Positions 18,723 through 28,056 of a DNA stretch of 59,987 nt are shown here, piece by piece. The stretch spans positions 1 to 59,987 of IMG/VR virus record IMGVR_UViG_3300041779_000001, one strand, 5' to 3'. The notes under the pieces were generated by a model. The model saw nothing but the letters and a program-made list of their open reading frames with translations. It was not told the DNA's origin and did not search any database. Position 1 is the first letter of the stretch. The number at the start of each line of letters is the position of its first letter. Source of the DNA: a virus. Taxonomy: Duplodnaviria > Caudoviricetes. Position numbers and translations under genes: made by a program.

Positions 18723-18752
18723 TTGACAAGGGGGGCGAGGGGATGCAATAAT
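18723..18752 (+). promoter_or_regulatory. Sigma70-type promoter
   Basis: TTGACA-N18-AATAAT with G-rich spacer. Confidence 0.65.
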
Positions 18753-18796
18753 GATGACATCACCGCACGACACGACGATACGAAGGACTGATCATC

Positions 18797-19219
18797 ATGA
18801 CCGCATACAACACTCGCTCCCTCGCCGAGGCGCTGATCGGCGACGACGGCAAGCAGGCGACGCGCACGACTCGCAAATTTCTGCGCGATGAACTCGGCGG
18901 GGGAAAGGCAGTGGTCGGCAAGGGGGGGCGCTACAATCTCGACTACAATAAGCGCGAACTGACCGCCCTCACGAAGAAGTTTAAGGCATGGGAAACCGCT
19001 CAGGAAGCGGCGAAGATCGCTCGCGCCGCCGAAATGGCCGAAAGGGCCAAAACGGCCGGGACCGCCGTTATCCTCCCCGATGACTCGAACGGGGACGACG
19101 CCGACATCCTCGACGAAAACACCGAATCGGACAACCCGGCCACCGGGCCCACCGACGAGGAAATGGCCGAAATGCTGGCCGAAGGGGACGACGAGGACGA
19201 AACGGACATCGAGGACTGA
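18797..19219 (+). CDS. HTH-like DNA-binding protein with acidic tail
   Basis: RKFLRDE...VGKGGRYNL resembles 10033-10596; GAAA-loop hairpin at ~19228-19245 follows. Confidence 0.75.
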   Translation: MTAYNTRSLAEALIGDDGKQATRTTRKFLRDELGGGKAVVGKGGRYNLDYNKRELTALTKKFKAWETAQEAAKIARAAEMAERAKTAGTAVILPDDSNGDDADILDENTESDNPATGPTDEEMAEMLAEGDDEDETDIED

Positions 19220-19361
19220 TCGCCCAAGGCCCCCGAAAGGGGGCCGAAGGGTGTGTAATCGCCAGGGGGCGTTCTGCGCGCAGCAATCGGGGTGTGGAAT
19301 GCTAGCATACACCCCGCGATGATCTTGCCTTACAACGTCATACAAAGCTTCGGCGATTTCC

Positions 19362-19390
19362 TTGACACCGTGGGGGCGAGGGGGTAAAAT
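19362..19390 (+). promoter_or_regulatory. Near-consensus promoter for a leaderless gene
   Basis: TTGACA-N17-TAAAAT-N6-ATG. Confidence 0.8.
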
Positions 19391-19396
19391 AAAGGT

Positions 19397-19612
19397 ATGA
19401 ACAACGACGATGCAATCGACAATGCAATTGACGCCCTCGATGAATTCCTGACCCGCGCGATCGACGCTCTGCCGATCACCGCCTTCGAAATCTCTTCCGA
19501 TGATGCTAATGCCATCATCGCATCGATCCCCGAATCGATGATCAAACTCTCCGACGCCCTATACGATGCTTTCATCGAAAATATCCCCGATTTCACTTCG
19601 CCTGACGCCTAA
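19397..19612 (+). CDS. Small highly acidic protein
   Basis: Leaderless start; D/E-rich with one K and one R. Confidence 0.7.
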   Translation: MNNDDAIDNAIDALDEFLTRAIDALPITAFEISSDDANAIIASIPESMIKLSDALYDAFIENIPDFTSPDA

Positions 19613-19700
19613 ACTGATCTCCCCCTGCCCCCTTGACACGGGGGGGCAGGGGGGGGTATGATTGACTTATCAACCCGACGACCACGAAGGACTGATTCAA

Positions 19701-19901
19701 ATGCCCGTTTCCCTCGCCAAAAACCTTGACATTTGCTCCAACTGCGGCCGCGACTGCGCGCCGACGCCCTCGATCGAACTTGACCCTCTCTGCTCCGCCT
19801 GCATCGCCGACTTCCGCGCCCGCGATATCAATCTCCCCATCGACACCCTGCACGACCTCGCCCCCATCCTCGCCGATCACATCACCGACTACCTCCGCTG
19901 A
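19701..19901 (+). CDS. Small zinc-finger protein
   Basis: CSNCGRDC...LCSAC; GAAGGA RBS; TTGACA-N18-TATGAT promoter at 19633. Confidence 0.65.
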   Translation: MPVSLAKNLDICSNCGRDCAPTPSIELDPLCSACIADFRARDINLPIDTLHDLAPILADHITDYLR

Positions 19902-20015
19902 TCGACCCCCTGACGCCCCCTACGGGGGGCTGATGGGCGTGCGCATCATTGCCGTATGCCAGCATTCTCGACGCCCAGGGACGCCCTCAGAGGGCGCGTC
20001 AGCGCCCCCCTCGAG

Positions 20016-20231
20016 TCAGTGCGCGATATTGCGCGCGTTGCAGAGTTTGATCATCGCGTCGGAGATCAGTTGAAGATCGGTGGAGGGGTCGTAGTCGATC
20101 TTGTCGTGAATCAAGATCGTTTCGGCGATATCGGCGAAATCGTCGTCGTTCAGCGCAGTGGGGGTCGGGTCGTAGTCGAGAAGATCAGCGAGGGCGATTT
20201 CAGCGATTCGGTTGATCGTGTCGTTGTTCAT
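20016..20231 (-). CDS. Small acidic protein (leaderless)
   Basis: TTGACA-N17-TAGAAT-N6-ATG on the minus strand; shares MNND and MIKL with 19397. Confidence 0.7.
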   Translation of the reverse strand: MNNDTINRIAEIALADLLDYDPTPTALNDDDFADIAETILIHDKIDYDPSTDLQLISDAMIKLCNARNIAH

Positions 20232-20362
20232 ACTTCGATTCTATACTGCGTCAGCGACGGTGTCAACAATGCATGCATGCTGAACCCTTCCTTGACGCCC
20301 CCCTCGCATCATGGTAAAGTATACCTATCAACCTGAACCGCGACCCTGAGGGACTGATCATC

Positions 20363-20644
20363 ATGACCCGCACGACGATTCACACCTCCGACGGCGATAC
20401 CTATTACCGATCAGGCGCCGCCCGCACGCTGATCACCCGCGCCCTGCTCGGCATTCTGATCTTCGCCGCGCTGATCATCGCCATCGCCGCGGGAATCGGC
20501 TTTTCCCAGGCGGGGAATTCGAATTCCCCCTCCCCCAAGGAATTCTCCATTCTGCACAATGCGCAAAAGGAAATGCCGAATGGGAATTGCCGCCTCGAAT
20601 GGAATTCCATTCAGAAAGGGCATGAAGTAATCTGCGATCGCTGA
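20363..20644 (+). CDS. Membrane-anchored protein
   Basis: One TM helix; TTGACG-N17-TAAAGT promoter at 20292. Confidence 0.65.
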   Translation: MTRTTIHTSDGDTYYRSGAARTLITRALLGILIFAALIIAIAAGIGFSQAGNSNSPSPKEFSILHNAQKEMPNGNCRLEWNSIQKGHEVICDR

Positions 20645-20803
20645 ATTGCCCTCGCCCCCTCCGGGGGGCTGAGCGGCGTCGTAAGGCATGATCCTTCCTA
20701 CAGGAATGCTGGCATACGGGACGGGATGATCATGCCCCCACACCCCCAAAGATTGCTACGTCAGGTCCTTGACACTACCCGGCCTAGGGGGTATATTTAA
20801 GGC

Positions 20804-21367
20804 ATGACAACGACACCGCACACCGACTGCCACCACCCCGCGACGAAGGCCGCCCGCGCGAAGTGCCGCAAGGCCCGTGCGGTGCAGGTCGAGGCCCCCC
20901 GCACGATGAACCTTGACGAGGTGATCAAAGCCTACTACAATAACTCCCTTGACATGGAGGAAATCGCCTCGCGGCTGATCGCCCTCGCCCCCAAGGCCGC
21001 CGAGGGATTCTACAACAACTCCCTCACCAACGAGGAAGTCATCGCCGAGGCCATGAAGGCCCTCAACGGCCCCACTGAGGCCCCCGCGACCGCCCCCGAA
21101 CCTGAGGCCACCCGCATCCATCCGATGCTTCTCGACGCCGTTAACCCCATGATCACCCTCACCGCGAATGACTCCTCAACTGAGGTTCCCTACCTCGACC
21201 TGAAGCTGATCATGCGCACCCCCCACCCGAGCCGGGTAATGGCCGGGGGAATGGGAAAGGCAATGCTTCGCCACCGCCAAATCCTTCGCTCCCTTACCGC
21301 GGCATTGGGAATCACCGAGGATAAGGCAATCGCCCTCGCCAATGCCGCGGTAATGGAATTGCAATAG
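20804..21367 (+). CDS. Hypothetical protein with N-terminal HxxCxHxxTKAARAxCR motif (leaderless)
   Basis: TTGACA-N17-TATATT-N6-ATG; internal YNNSL..EE repeat. Confidence 0.7.
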   Translation: MTTTPHTDCHHPATKAARAKCRKARAVQVEAPRTMNLDEVIKAYYNNSLDMEEIASRLIALAPKAAEGFYNNSLTNEEVIAEAMKALNGPTEAPATAPEPEATRIHPMLLDAVNPMITLTANDSSTEVPYLDLKLIMRTPHPSRVMAGGMGKAMLRHRQILRSLTAALGITEDKAIALANAAVMELQ

Positions 21368-22025
21368 GGGGCCGGGGGCCTATATAGGGTCCTTTCCCCT
21401 GTGTATTCCCATATTGCCGGGGCGCATATAGGCGGGGGCATTGGGCATGCGCATTGCGCCCCATATCCCTGCCCCTATCCCTGCCTTTATGGATAGGCAA
21501 TGCATGCATCATGCGCATTGGTGATGAATGCATATTGCCGGCATATATATCCGGGGGGCTATAGGCTGGGGGTATGGGTATGGGCCCCTATTCCCAATCA
21601 ATTGATCTGATGTTATATCCCATTGATTCATCATGCATGCATTGTTCTAATCGGAATGATCTGATGCGCGCATGCATTGTTGATAGGGAATGATCCGGTG
21701 TATGATTGATGCGGCATGAATGCATAGGGATAAGCGGGATCTATCCGTGTTTATTCCGGAATATTCCATTGTATTCTAGTATGTTCCGGTGTGGTCGGAT
21801 TGGTCTAGTTCAGTCTAATTTGGTTAGATCTTACGATTTGTGATGAATGTCCGTTCCCAGAGGTATGAACCCCCCGGGATAAATATCCCCCATGTCCGGT
21901 TTGTACCCGTCCGGACCATAGTGCCCGCGTGCTCTTCCTTCTTTCCCAGAAACCCTATCCACGTATAGCCACCTAAAAATGAAGCGCCTGTCGAGTACCC
22001 GCACGAGATCTGATAGCATAGCCCC

Positions 22026-22286
22026 ATGACCGACAACGACGACGACGACGACGAATTGACCGGTGAATGGGCCCACGAGGTCTACATCCCCCAGCTGCAA
22101 CTCGACCTCCAGGAAGCCCAATACTTCGAACCGCCCGACATTAGCTTCGACGACGTCCTAGAGCCCGAGCCCTGGACCTGCAAGTATCGCGCCCCGGCTT
22201 GTGTGGACGGCTATCACGGGGCGACCTGCGATAACTCCTGCGACCGATTCCGTACAGCCCAGCTCAGGCGGGAAGGGAAGATCTAG
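22026..22286 (+). CDS. Acidic, Cys-containing hypothetical protein
   Basis: TAGCAT-N6-ATG; first gene of a plus-strand run. Confidence 0.6.
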   Translation: MTDNDDDDDELTGEWAHEVYIPQLQLDLQEAQYFEPPDISFDDVLEPEPWTCKYRAPACVDGYHGATCDNSCDRFRTAQLRREGKI

Positions 22287-22291
22287 CACCC

Positions 22292-22735
22292 ATGACCGAC
22301 GAGCACCTCGAGAAGTTCCTGATCTCAGGCCATGGCGACAACAGCCTACTGATTTGCGCGGCTGAACCATGTGAGTGGTACATGCCTTTCCCAACGGCCC
22401 ACTCACTCCTCCGCATGATGCACCAGGCAGACCTGCACGCCACCACCAATCACGGCTACATACCCCCGGTTCGTGTGGAAGGATACCTGCCGCCGGGAAC
22501 CACCGTATACGAGAGTGAGGCCGACTACCGCAAGAGACGCTACAACCCCGTCGACAAACGGTGGCTTTACCCCGAGGAGAGTGACTACGAGCCCGAGCCT
22601 CCGCCGAAAGAGCCCAACGACACTCCACACCCCTTCGTGCCCAGAGCAACTTTTGGGGCGGTCTCCAAGCACTGCGAGGAGTGCTACCCCACTCGTCGCC
22701 GGCAGGGTCACCCGATTCATACACAGAGAGACTGA
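22292..22735 (+). CDS. Hypothetical protein
   Basis: Operon packing; C/H ligands. Confidence 0.6.
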   Translation: MTDEHLEKFLISGHGDNSLLICAAEPCEWYMPFPTAHSLLRMMHQADLHATTNHGYIPPVRVEGYLPPGTTVYESEADYRKRRYNPVDKRWLYPEESDYEPEPPPKEPNDTPHPFVPRATFGAVSKHCEECYPTRRRQGHPIHTQRD

Positions 22736-22738
22736 GTC

Positions 22739-23161
22739 ATGACCGATGAGTTCCAGTACCCGCCCGGCATCACCGACAAGGCAGCCTACGACGCCCAGAC
22801 CTACCTGGAGGGCGGTACTGAGGAGGCTATGGCGGCTGCGGCTCGTATGGATGCAGCCCCTGCTTGTGTCACCCACGCCTACGGTACCTGCGATGGCACT
22901 ACTAGAGACTGCGTACTTCTCAAGAAGAAAGAGACACCCATGCATTCTTTCGAGGCCCCGTCGGGCACCACGTACCACCACAACGGCGACTTCAGCGGCA
23001 ACATCGTCATGGACGGAGAAGATCGACTGGGTGGGGACATCGAGATTCCGTTCGAGGACATCCGGGCTCTGTACCTGGAGTCCCTGCGCCGCAGCAAGAT
23101 CTCGGCACTCGAGCAGGCATCTGCTGACTTCCTAGAAGAAGCTGCTCGGAGGGGACTGTAA
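22739..23161 (+). CDS. Hypothetical protein
   Basis: Operon packing; HHNGDFSG segment. Confidence 0.6.
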   Translation: MTDEFQYPPGITDKAAYDAQTYLEGGTEEAMAAAARMDAAPACVTHAYGTCDGTTRDCVLLKKKETPMHSFEAPSGTTYHHNGDFSGNIVMDGEDRLGGDIEIPFEDIRALYLESLRRSKISALEQASADFLEEAARRGL

Positions 23162-23442
23162 TGAAGATCAGGGATCGGAACCCCGATAATCCCCGGGCGG
23201 TATGTATCCACTGCGGCACGTGGGTATGCCATGAGTGCTGGGATTGGCATCGTAATGGGGCTGCTCGGAACGGTCATCAGATCTGCATCAAGTGTGGGGG
23301 GATCGAGGGGGAGTTCATCGCGGTCCGGCATAACAAGGAGGGTCACGATGTACTCTCCGCTCCTGCCCCGTTGATCCTGCACCGGATGTTCGTAGTCGGC
23401 CCTAAAGGGCAAATCAGCCTTTGGCGGCCGGGCTGGAGATGA
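23161..23442 (+). CDS. Cys-rich zinc-finger protein
   Basis: CIHC, CHEC, CIKC; TAATG overlap. Confidence 0.6.
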   Translation: MKIRDRNPDNPRAVCIHCGTWVCHECWDWHRNGAARNGHQICIKCGGIEGEFIAVRHNKEGHDVLSAPAPLILHRMFVVGPKGQISLWRPGWR

Positions 23443-23633
23443 TAGCATAATTCCATGGCGCCCCGGATACTGACCCGATTGTACTGACGAAGGCGGAGAG
23501 AGATTCGCCGCAGGAAGAATTGGGAGGCTTTCTGCTTTAACTATGCGCCCGCGGATAAGTGGTACAGGGTCCAGGAAGAAAATAGGGTCCTGGGCATCTG
23601 GGACGGCACCTATGAATTGCCGGAGGAGAAAAA

Positions 23634-24212
23634 GTGACACTACAGGACGCGATCATCGAGATCTTGGCTGACGGGGGTCCAATGACCCTCGATAATCTCC
23701 GACTTCAGTTGGCTGGGGAACTGCCGGGTAACGGGGTCACTGGGATAAACCCCATCAACATCAACAATGCCCTAACTGACCTGAGGATCGCGGGTCGGGT
23801 CACCAATGAGTGGCGACTGAGCGGGCCTGACGAGGGTTCGACGACGGGCATTGATCCGGGGGTGCGTGAACAGGCCCTGGACATGGCGATTCGGGCCTAC
23901 AGGCCCAACCCCATCGACAACCCGAAGACCCTCCGAACTCAGCTGCTGGCGATGGCTGAGGAGTTCTATGCCTTCTTGATGGGGGCAGAAATCCAAACCG
24001 AGGCGGTTCGGCCTTCACGTCAGTACTCGGGGGGCATGGTCCGGCTCGACGCCAGCAAGTCTCCCAGTGACCCTTCGGCTGTCACAAAGGCTGATGAGCC
24101 CATGCCCGAGGGCTTCCATCGGAAGACTTCTGGGGAGCGCCCGGTCAAGACCAAGTCCTTCACCGACGACTTCGCGGAGATGAACGAGTACAATAGCCCC
24201 GAAACCGACTAG
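23634..24212 (+). CDS. Hypothetical protein with N-terminal winged-helix-like domain
   Basis: AIIEILADGGPMTL...L..L...GRV...W; GGAGG RBS. Confidence 0.6.
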   Translation: MTLQDAIIEILADGGPMTLDNLRLQLAGELPGNGVTGINPININNALTDLRIAGRVTNEWRLSGPDEGSTTGIDPGVREQALDMAIRAYRPNPIDNPKTLRTQLLAMAEEFYAFLMGAEIQTEAVRPSRQYSGGMVRLDASKSPSDPSAVTKADEPMPEGFHRKTSGERPVKTKSFTDDFAEMNEYNSPETD

Positions 24213-24281
24213 TCGTACTATCTCACCCCCGTCCCTAGATTGGGGTTGACTCGCCCCTGACCCTTCGGGTAGAGTTCTCTT

Positions 24282-24620
24282 ATGAAGCCTTCGGAGCTCC
24301 GATATGCGGCTCGTGTGGAAGAGAGAAACCCTACCGACCGGGTCAGGGGCACCGTTGTTAATGTGGATTCTTCAGGTATGTTCGTTGTAAAATACGACAA
24401 TGGGGATTATCTGGCCTTCCAACGGGAGCAGGCTCAGGATTTTGATTCCATTCCTGAGAAGCCTATCCCGGGCCATGCACGAGAGCTGATGCGGCGAATC
24501 TATGACACCCATGGGCGTACACCGCCGGAGGATGTGATCGGCGTTGCCGGCAAGGTGCCCGGGGCTCGTCGGGGGGTTGCCTTGACTCGTGATGCTGCGC
24601 CCCCTACAATCGAGGCATGA
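24282..24620 (+). CDS. Hypothetical protein (SH3/DUF4314-like), leaderless
   Basis: RGTVVNVD...VKYDNG; TTGACT-N18-TAGAGT-N6-ATG. Confidence 0.6.
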   Translation: MKPSELRYAARVEERNPTDRVRGTVVNVDSSGMFVVKYDNGDYLAFQREQAQDFDSIPEKPIPGHARELMRRIYDTHGRTPPEDVIGVAGKVPGARRGVALTRDAAPPTIEA

Positions 24621-24868
24621 CACTAAGACTAATCACAGAGCTTGAAGCAGTCCACGAGGTTCACGAGATCATGGCTCTGGTGACTCGAGCTAAGCAAAAT
24701 CGCGAGCACCAGAAACTGGATCTCGCTCAGGACCGCAAGGAAGCTTTGTTCGAGCGAGTGGTTAACACCGTCGCTAAGGCCCCGATTTTCGTCGACAAGC
24801 AGGAACTTCGCAGTATAGCTCTGACTGCCGCGAAGTTGACGGATCCTGATCTTTGGAACATGGAGTAA
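24617..24868 (+). CDS. Hypothetical protein
   Basis: ATGA overlap. Confidence 0.6.
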   Translation: MTLRLITELEAVHEVHEIMALVTRAKQNREHQKLDLAQDRKEALFERVVNTVAKAPIFVDKQELRSIALTAAKLTDPDLWNME

Positions 24869-24938
24869 CTAAGACTGAGGGCATGCTCTGGGTGTCGTAG
24901 GGTTTACCCTTGCATCTGCATTGGGGCGGTGGTAGCCA

Positions 24939-25196
24939 ATGTACGACGAACTCCCGAAGGACATAGAGATCAACTCTTGCCACTATTGTGGGGAGGAGAT
25001 AGAGTACCACCAGATGGGCCTGGGAGTGATGAGGTTCCACAGAAGGACGGGCGGATTTGGCTGCCCACCCAACGCCAAGCGATTACCCTTAAGGAAGTAT
25101 AAGAACGATGCCCCAGGTAGTGTTCATCTGGAGTCAGGATCCCGATCCACCGGCGAAGAAACACGCGATACTGGAGCAGGTGCCGGCGGTGGGTGA
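24939..25196 (+). CDS. Hypothetical protein
   Basis: CHYCGEEI motif. Confidence 0.45.
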   Translation: MYDELPKDIEINSCHYCGEEIEYHQMGLGVMRFHRRTGGFGCPPNAKRLPLRKYKNDAPGSVHLESGSRSTGEETRDTGAGAGGG

Positions 25197-25305
25197 CTTA
25201 GTAATCGCCCCGGGAGAAACCTTGCCCCGTAACGTTCGAGCTCGAGAGTGGGATTGCAGCCGGGGTAACGGCAAGAATGCCATAATCCACATCGCGCTCG
25301 ATTAG
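25108..25305 (+). CDS. Hypothetical protein
   Basis: VPAVGDLV motif; terminator hairpin at ~25343-25380. Confidence 0.5.
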   Translation: MPQVVFIWSQDPDPPAKKHAILEQVPAVGDLVIAPGETLPRNVRAREWDCSRGNGKNAIIHIALD

Positions 25306-25479
25306 AAGCTCCCCTGCCTGGTGCGAACAGGCAGGGTAGACCGAGGGCCCCTCTCAATCACTGGCTGAGAGGGGCTCTTTGGTGTTCTTGGAAGATTACG
25401 GGCATGGCCCTGGCCATGATGCCTTGCCATGGCGGGTGGGGGATGGTAGATTTGCCTTATTCAACCGAGAGGAGGGGTT

Positions 25480-25926
25480 ATGGAACTCAAGGCACGACTC
25501 GAGACGATAGGCCTCGTAGGCACTGGGGCTGCAGCAGCTCTAGTAGTCTGGATGGCCCTGACGGGGGTAACTACCTCGAAGCCTGAGCAGCACTGGGATC
25601 AACCGGCCGCGGTGACGATGCCCCCATTGACGGTACCGTCATCTTCAACACCGGCGATCTCTCCGAAGGCGACCATAAAGATCATGGTTACGCCCTCGAA
25701 GGCCCCGGCAAAGCAAGTTCGGCAGGCTGTGATCGCCCCCCGTGTGGAGGTTCAGGATACCCCCACTGACGAGGTCTCGCCGACGCCCGAACCGACCACC
25801 ACGGTATCCCCAGGGGCTGATTACAACCCGCCGCCGAACCCGACAATCTCCCAAGTCGAACCGAAGCCCCCGACTCCGACCATCGATATCCATTCGGGGG
25901 AACCCACTCCTGAGGTGCCGCGATGA
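25480..25926 (+). CDS. Membrane-anchored Pro/Thr-rich protein
   Basis: N-terminal TM, PT-rich tail; GAGGAGG RBS. Confidence 0.7.
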   Translation: MELKARLETIGLVGTGAAAALVVWMALTGVTTSKPEQHWDQPAAVTMPPLTVPSSSTPAISPKATIKIMVTPSKAPAKQVRQAVIAPRVEVQDTPTDEVSPTPEPTTTVSPGADYNPPPNPTISQVEPKPPTPTIDIHSGEPTPEVPR

Positions 25927-26450
25927 ATACTCCTCAACCGGGGGATTTCTTCCTGGCCCCCATCTCTGGGCTCGGTGGTGCCGCTATCAAGGCGGGAGAA
26001 TGGCTCAACGGGGATGGGTTTCTCACCGTTCAACATGCCGGCATCTATCTGGGCCAGGGCCTGACGATCGAGGCCATGCCCGGAGGTGCTATCCAGGGCG
26101 ACATCGGACAGTATGACCCCGCATCGCTGGTGTGGAGCTCGGGTACCATCGAGTTCACCATTCCGGCTACTCGACAGTTGGTCTGCGATGCCGCGAAGAA
26201 GTACATCGGGGTGCCATACAGCGGCCTGGACTACCTGGCGATCGCCGCTCACCGGATGCATCTTCCCACACCCGGGCTCAAGGAGTACATCGCCTCAACC
26301 AAGCACATGATCTGCAGCCAGTTGGTCGACCAGGTCTATCTTGACGCCGGCGTGCACCTGTTCAGTGATGGTCGGTGGCCGGGATACGTGACCCCGGGGT
26401 CGCTCTACGCACTGCTCGGTGACCACAAGTTCCCCGGGAAAGACTTCTGA
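25923..26450 (+). CDS. Permuted papain-like NlpC/P60 (YiiX/YebB-like) hydrolase
   Basis: QPGDFFL, HAGIYLG (His) before ICSQLV (Cys), YIGVPY, VTPG. Confidence 0.85.
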   Translation: MNTPQPGDFFLAPISGLGGAAIKAGEWLNGDGFLTVQHAGIYLGQGLTIEAMPGGAIQGDIGQYDPASLVWSSGTIEFTIPATRQLVCDAAKKYIGVPYSGLDYLAIAAHRMHLPTPGLKEYIASTKHMICSQLVDQVYLDAGVHLFSDGRWPGYVTPGSLYALLGDHKFPGKDF

Positions 26451-27012
26451 TGTACCTAGTTCTGGGGAAGTAGTGGACTTTCAGATCCAGTTCGTGCATG
26501 CCGGCACATCGAGGGAGCGGGCTCAGATCACATTCCGAGATGACGATGGAACGATGATCCATCAGCCCATCGAGATCACTGAGTGGAGTCAGAGTGGTGA
26601 CTCGGGCGTACGAACTGTACAGGGGCGACTAGTAGGTATCGCCGGTATTCATCTGGTCGAAGAGAAGGATCTGCTCGAAGGAGAATAGGATGGACCGCAT
26701 GAGCTGTGACGATATCAATCGTCGGCATGCTGAACTCAAGGGAAGGGCCGACGGAGCCCTGGGAAGGCTGCTGGACTTACGGGCACGGCTCATGCGGGCA
26801 TCATCAAGCGTCATCAATGCTGGATTCCGTGACGAGCTCATAGAGTTCATCGACAGGGGACACTGAGATGGGTCATGCACTGCAATGGGCGATCGTGGCA
26901 ATATTCTGCCTGCCTGTCGGACTGGGGGGTTTCACAGCAATAGGACTGAGTTTCCGGGATGACCGTCAGCGCAAGCGGGACGGTGCGGCCGCAATGAGAG
27001 CAAGGCTGGAGA

Positions 27013-27441
27013 GTGGCAGAGAAGAAGATTAAGCCTGACGAGGTCGACATCGAGATAACTCGGCTACTAGGTAGAGGATATACCTCGTTGGATGCCGGGA
27101 TCGAAATCGGACTCGGGCGCCATGCTTTGAGGAATCGGATGCATCGTCTCCGAGTCCTTACCGGCACAGTATCTCAGGCTAACCTAGTTTACTGGATGTT
27201 GACCGAAGGTCATATCTGGTATTGGTCCAGGTGGGAGCGCAACAAGCATCGCCCTAGTGATGCGCAGCTCCAGGTAGTAGAGTTGATAGCTGCGGGTCTA
27301 TCAGAGGAGACTATTCGTCGACAACTTCATCTGAGTACTGGAGGTTTTGGTAGGCGAGTTCGGGATGCTCGAATTAAAACCTCCACCAAATCTCAAGCTC
27401 ACTTGGTAGCCATTTGCTGGGCACAGAATTGGATAGCATGA
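27013..27441 (+). CDS. Tandem LuxR-type HTH regulator
   Basis: Two repeats: EITRLLGRGYT...SQANLV and QVVELIAAGLS...SQAHLVA. Confidence 0.8.
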   Translation: MAEKKIKPDEVDIEITRLLGRGYTSLDAGIEIGLGRHALRNRMHRLRVLTGTVSQANLVYWMLTEGHIWYWSRWERNKHRPSDAQLQVVELIAAGLSEETIRRQLHLSTGGFGRRVRDARIKTSTKSQAHLVAICWAQNWIA

Positions 27442-27523
27442 ATCACCGAATCTTGCTAGACTGTATATCCCTCGGCTGTGTGGGTGTGGCCATGGTTCTC
27501 GCATTGTTCGGAGGGCGACACTG

Positions 27524-27898
27524 ATGACACGAGCATTCAAACTTTACCGAGACAAGGACCTCAATGGCGTCTCGGGCACCGGGCTTATCTGCGAGGGGGC
27601 ACTATTCAGCGATGGGCACGCGGTAATCCATTGGCTCGGCCAGTATCCTCTGACGACGCCCCACCCCGACGGCCTCAGCTCCATTTTCGCCATCCATGAC
27701 CATGGCGGTAAGGGGGACTTGCGCCTGGTGTGGGAGGATGATCTCGGCGATGAAAAGGGGTTCTCTGAGAGGGACATAGAGTTTCTACACGAGGTGATGG
27801 GAAAAGCCTCGTATGCAATGCGGGGTAATCTACTGCTGAATAAGATCCGACGGGTGATGGCAGGACAGTCCCGTAAGGAATCAACCAACCGGGGGTAG
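27524..27898 (+). CDS. Conserved phage hypothetical protein
   Basis: RDKDLNGVSGTG..CEGALFSDG...W motif. Confidence 0.7.
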   Translation: MTRAFKLYRDKDLNGVSGTGLICEGALFSDGHAVIHWLGQYPLTTPHPDGLSSIFAIHDHGGKGDLRLVWEDDLGDEKGFSERDIEFLHEVMGKASYAMRGNLLLNKIRRVMAGQSRKESTNRG

Positions 27899-28056
27899 CT
27901 CCTTGACAGGTCGTCCATAAGATGCGATACTCAACATGATCCCGCCGGAGCGGGCCCCTTGCTTACAATTCCTAAGATCTCGCCACCCGACGGCCCGGTC
28001 CAAGGAAGAGCTCGGGGCTCGCTTCGGCCGGAGTTGTCATAGTTGAGGAGGAGATC

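Noticed and set aside
17772-18729. Short ORFs in the 17.8-18.7 kb zone
   Set aside because: No convincing RBS, promoter or motif; 18264-18497(-) is possible but unsupported
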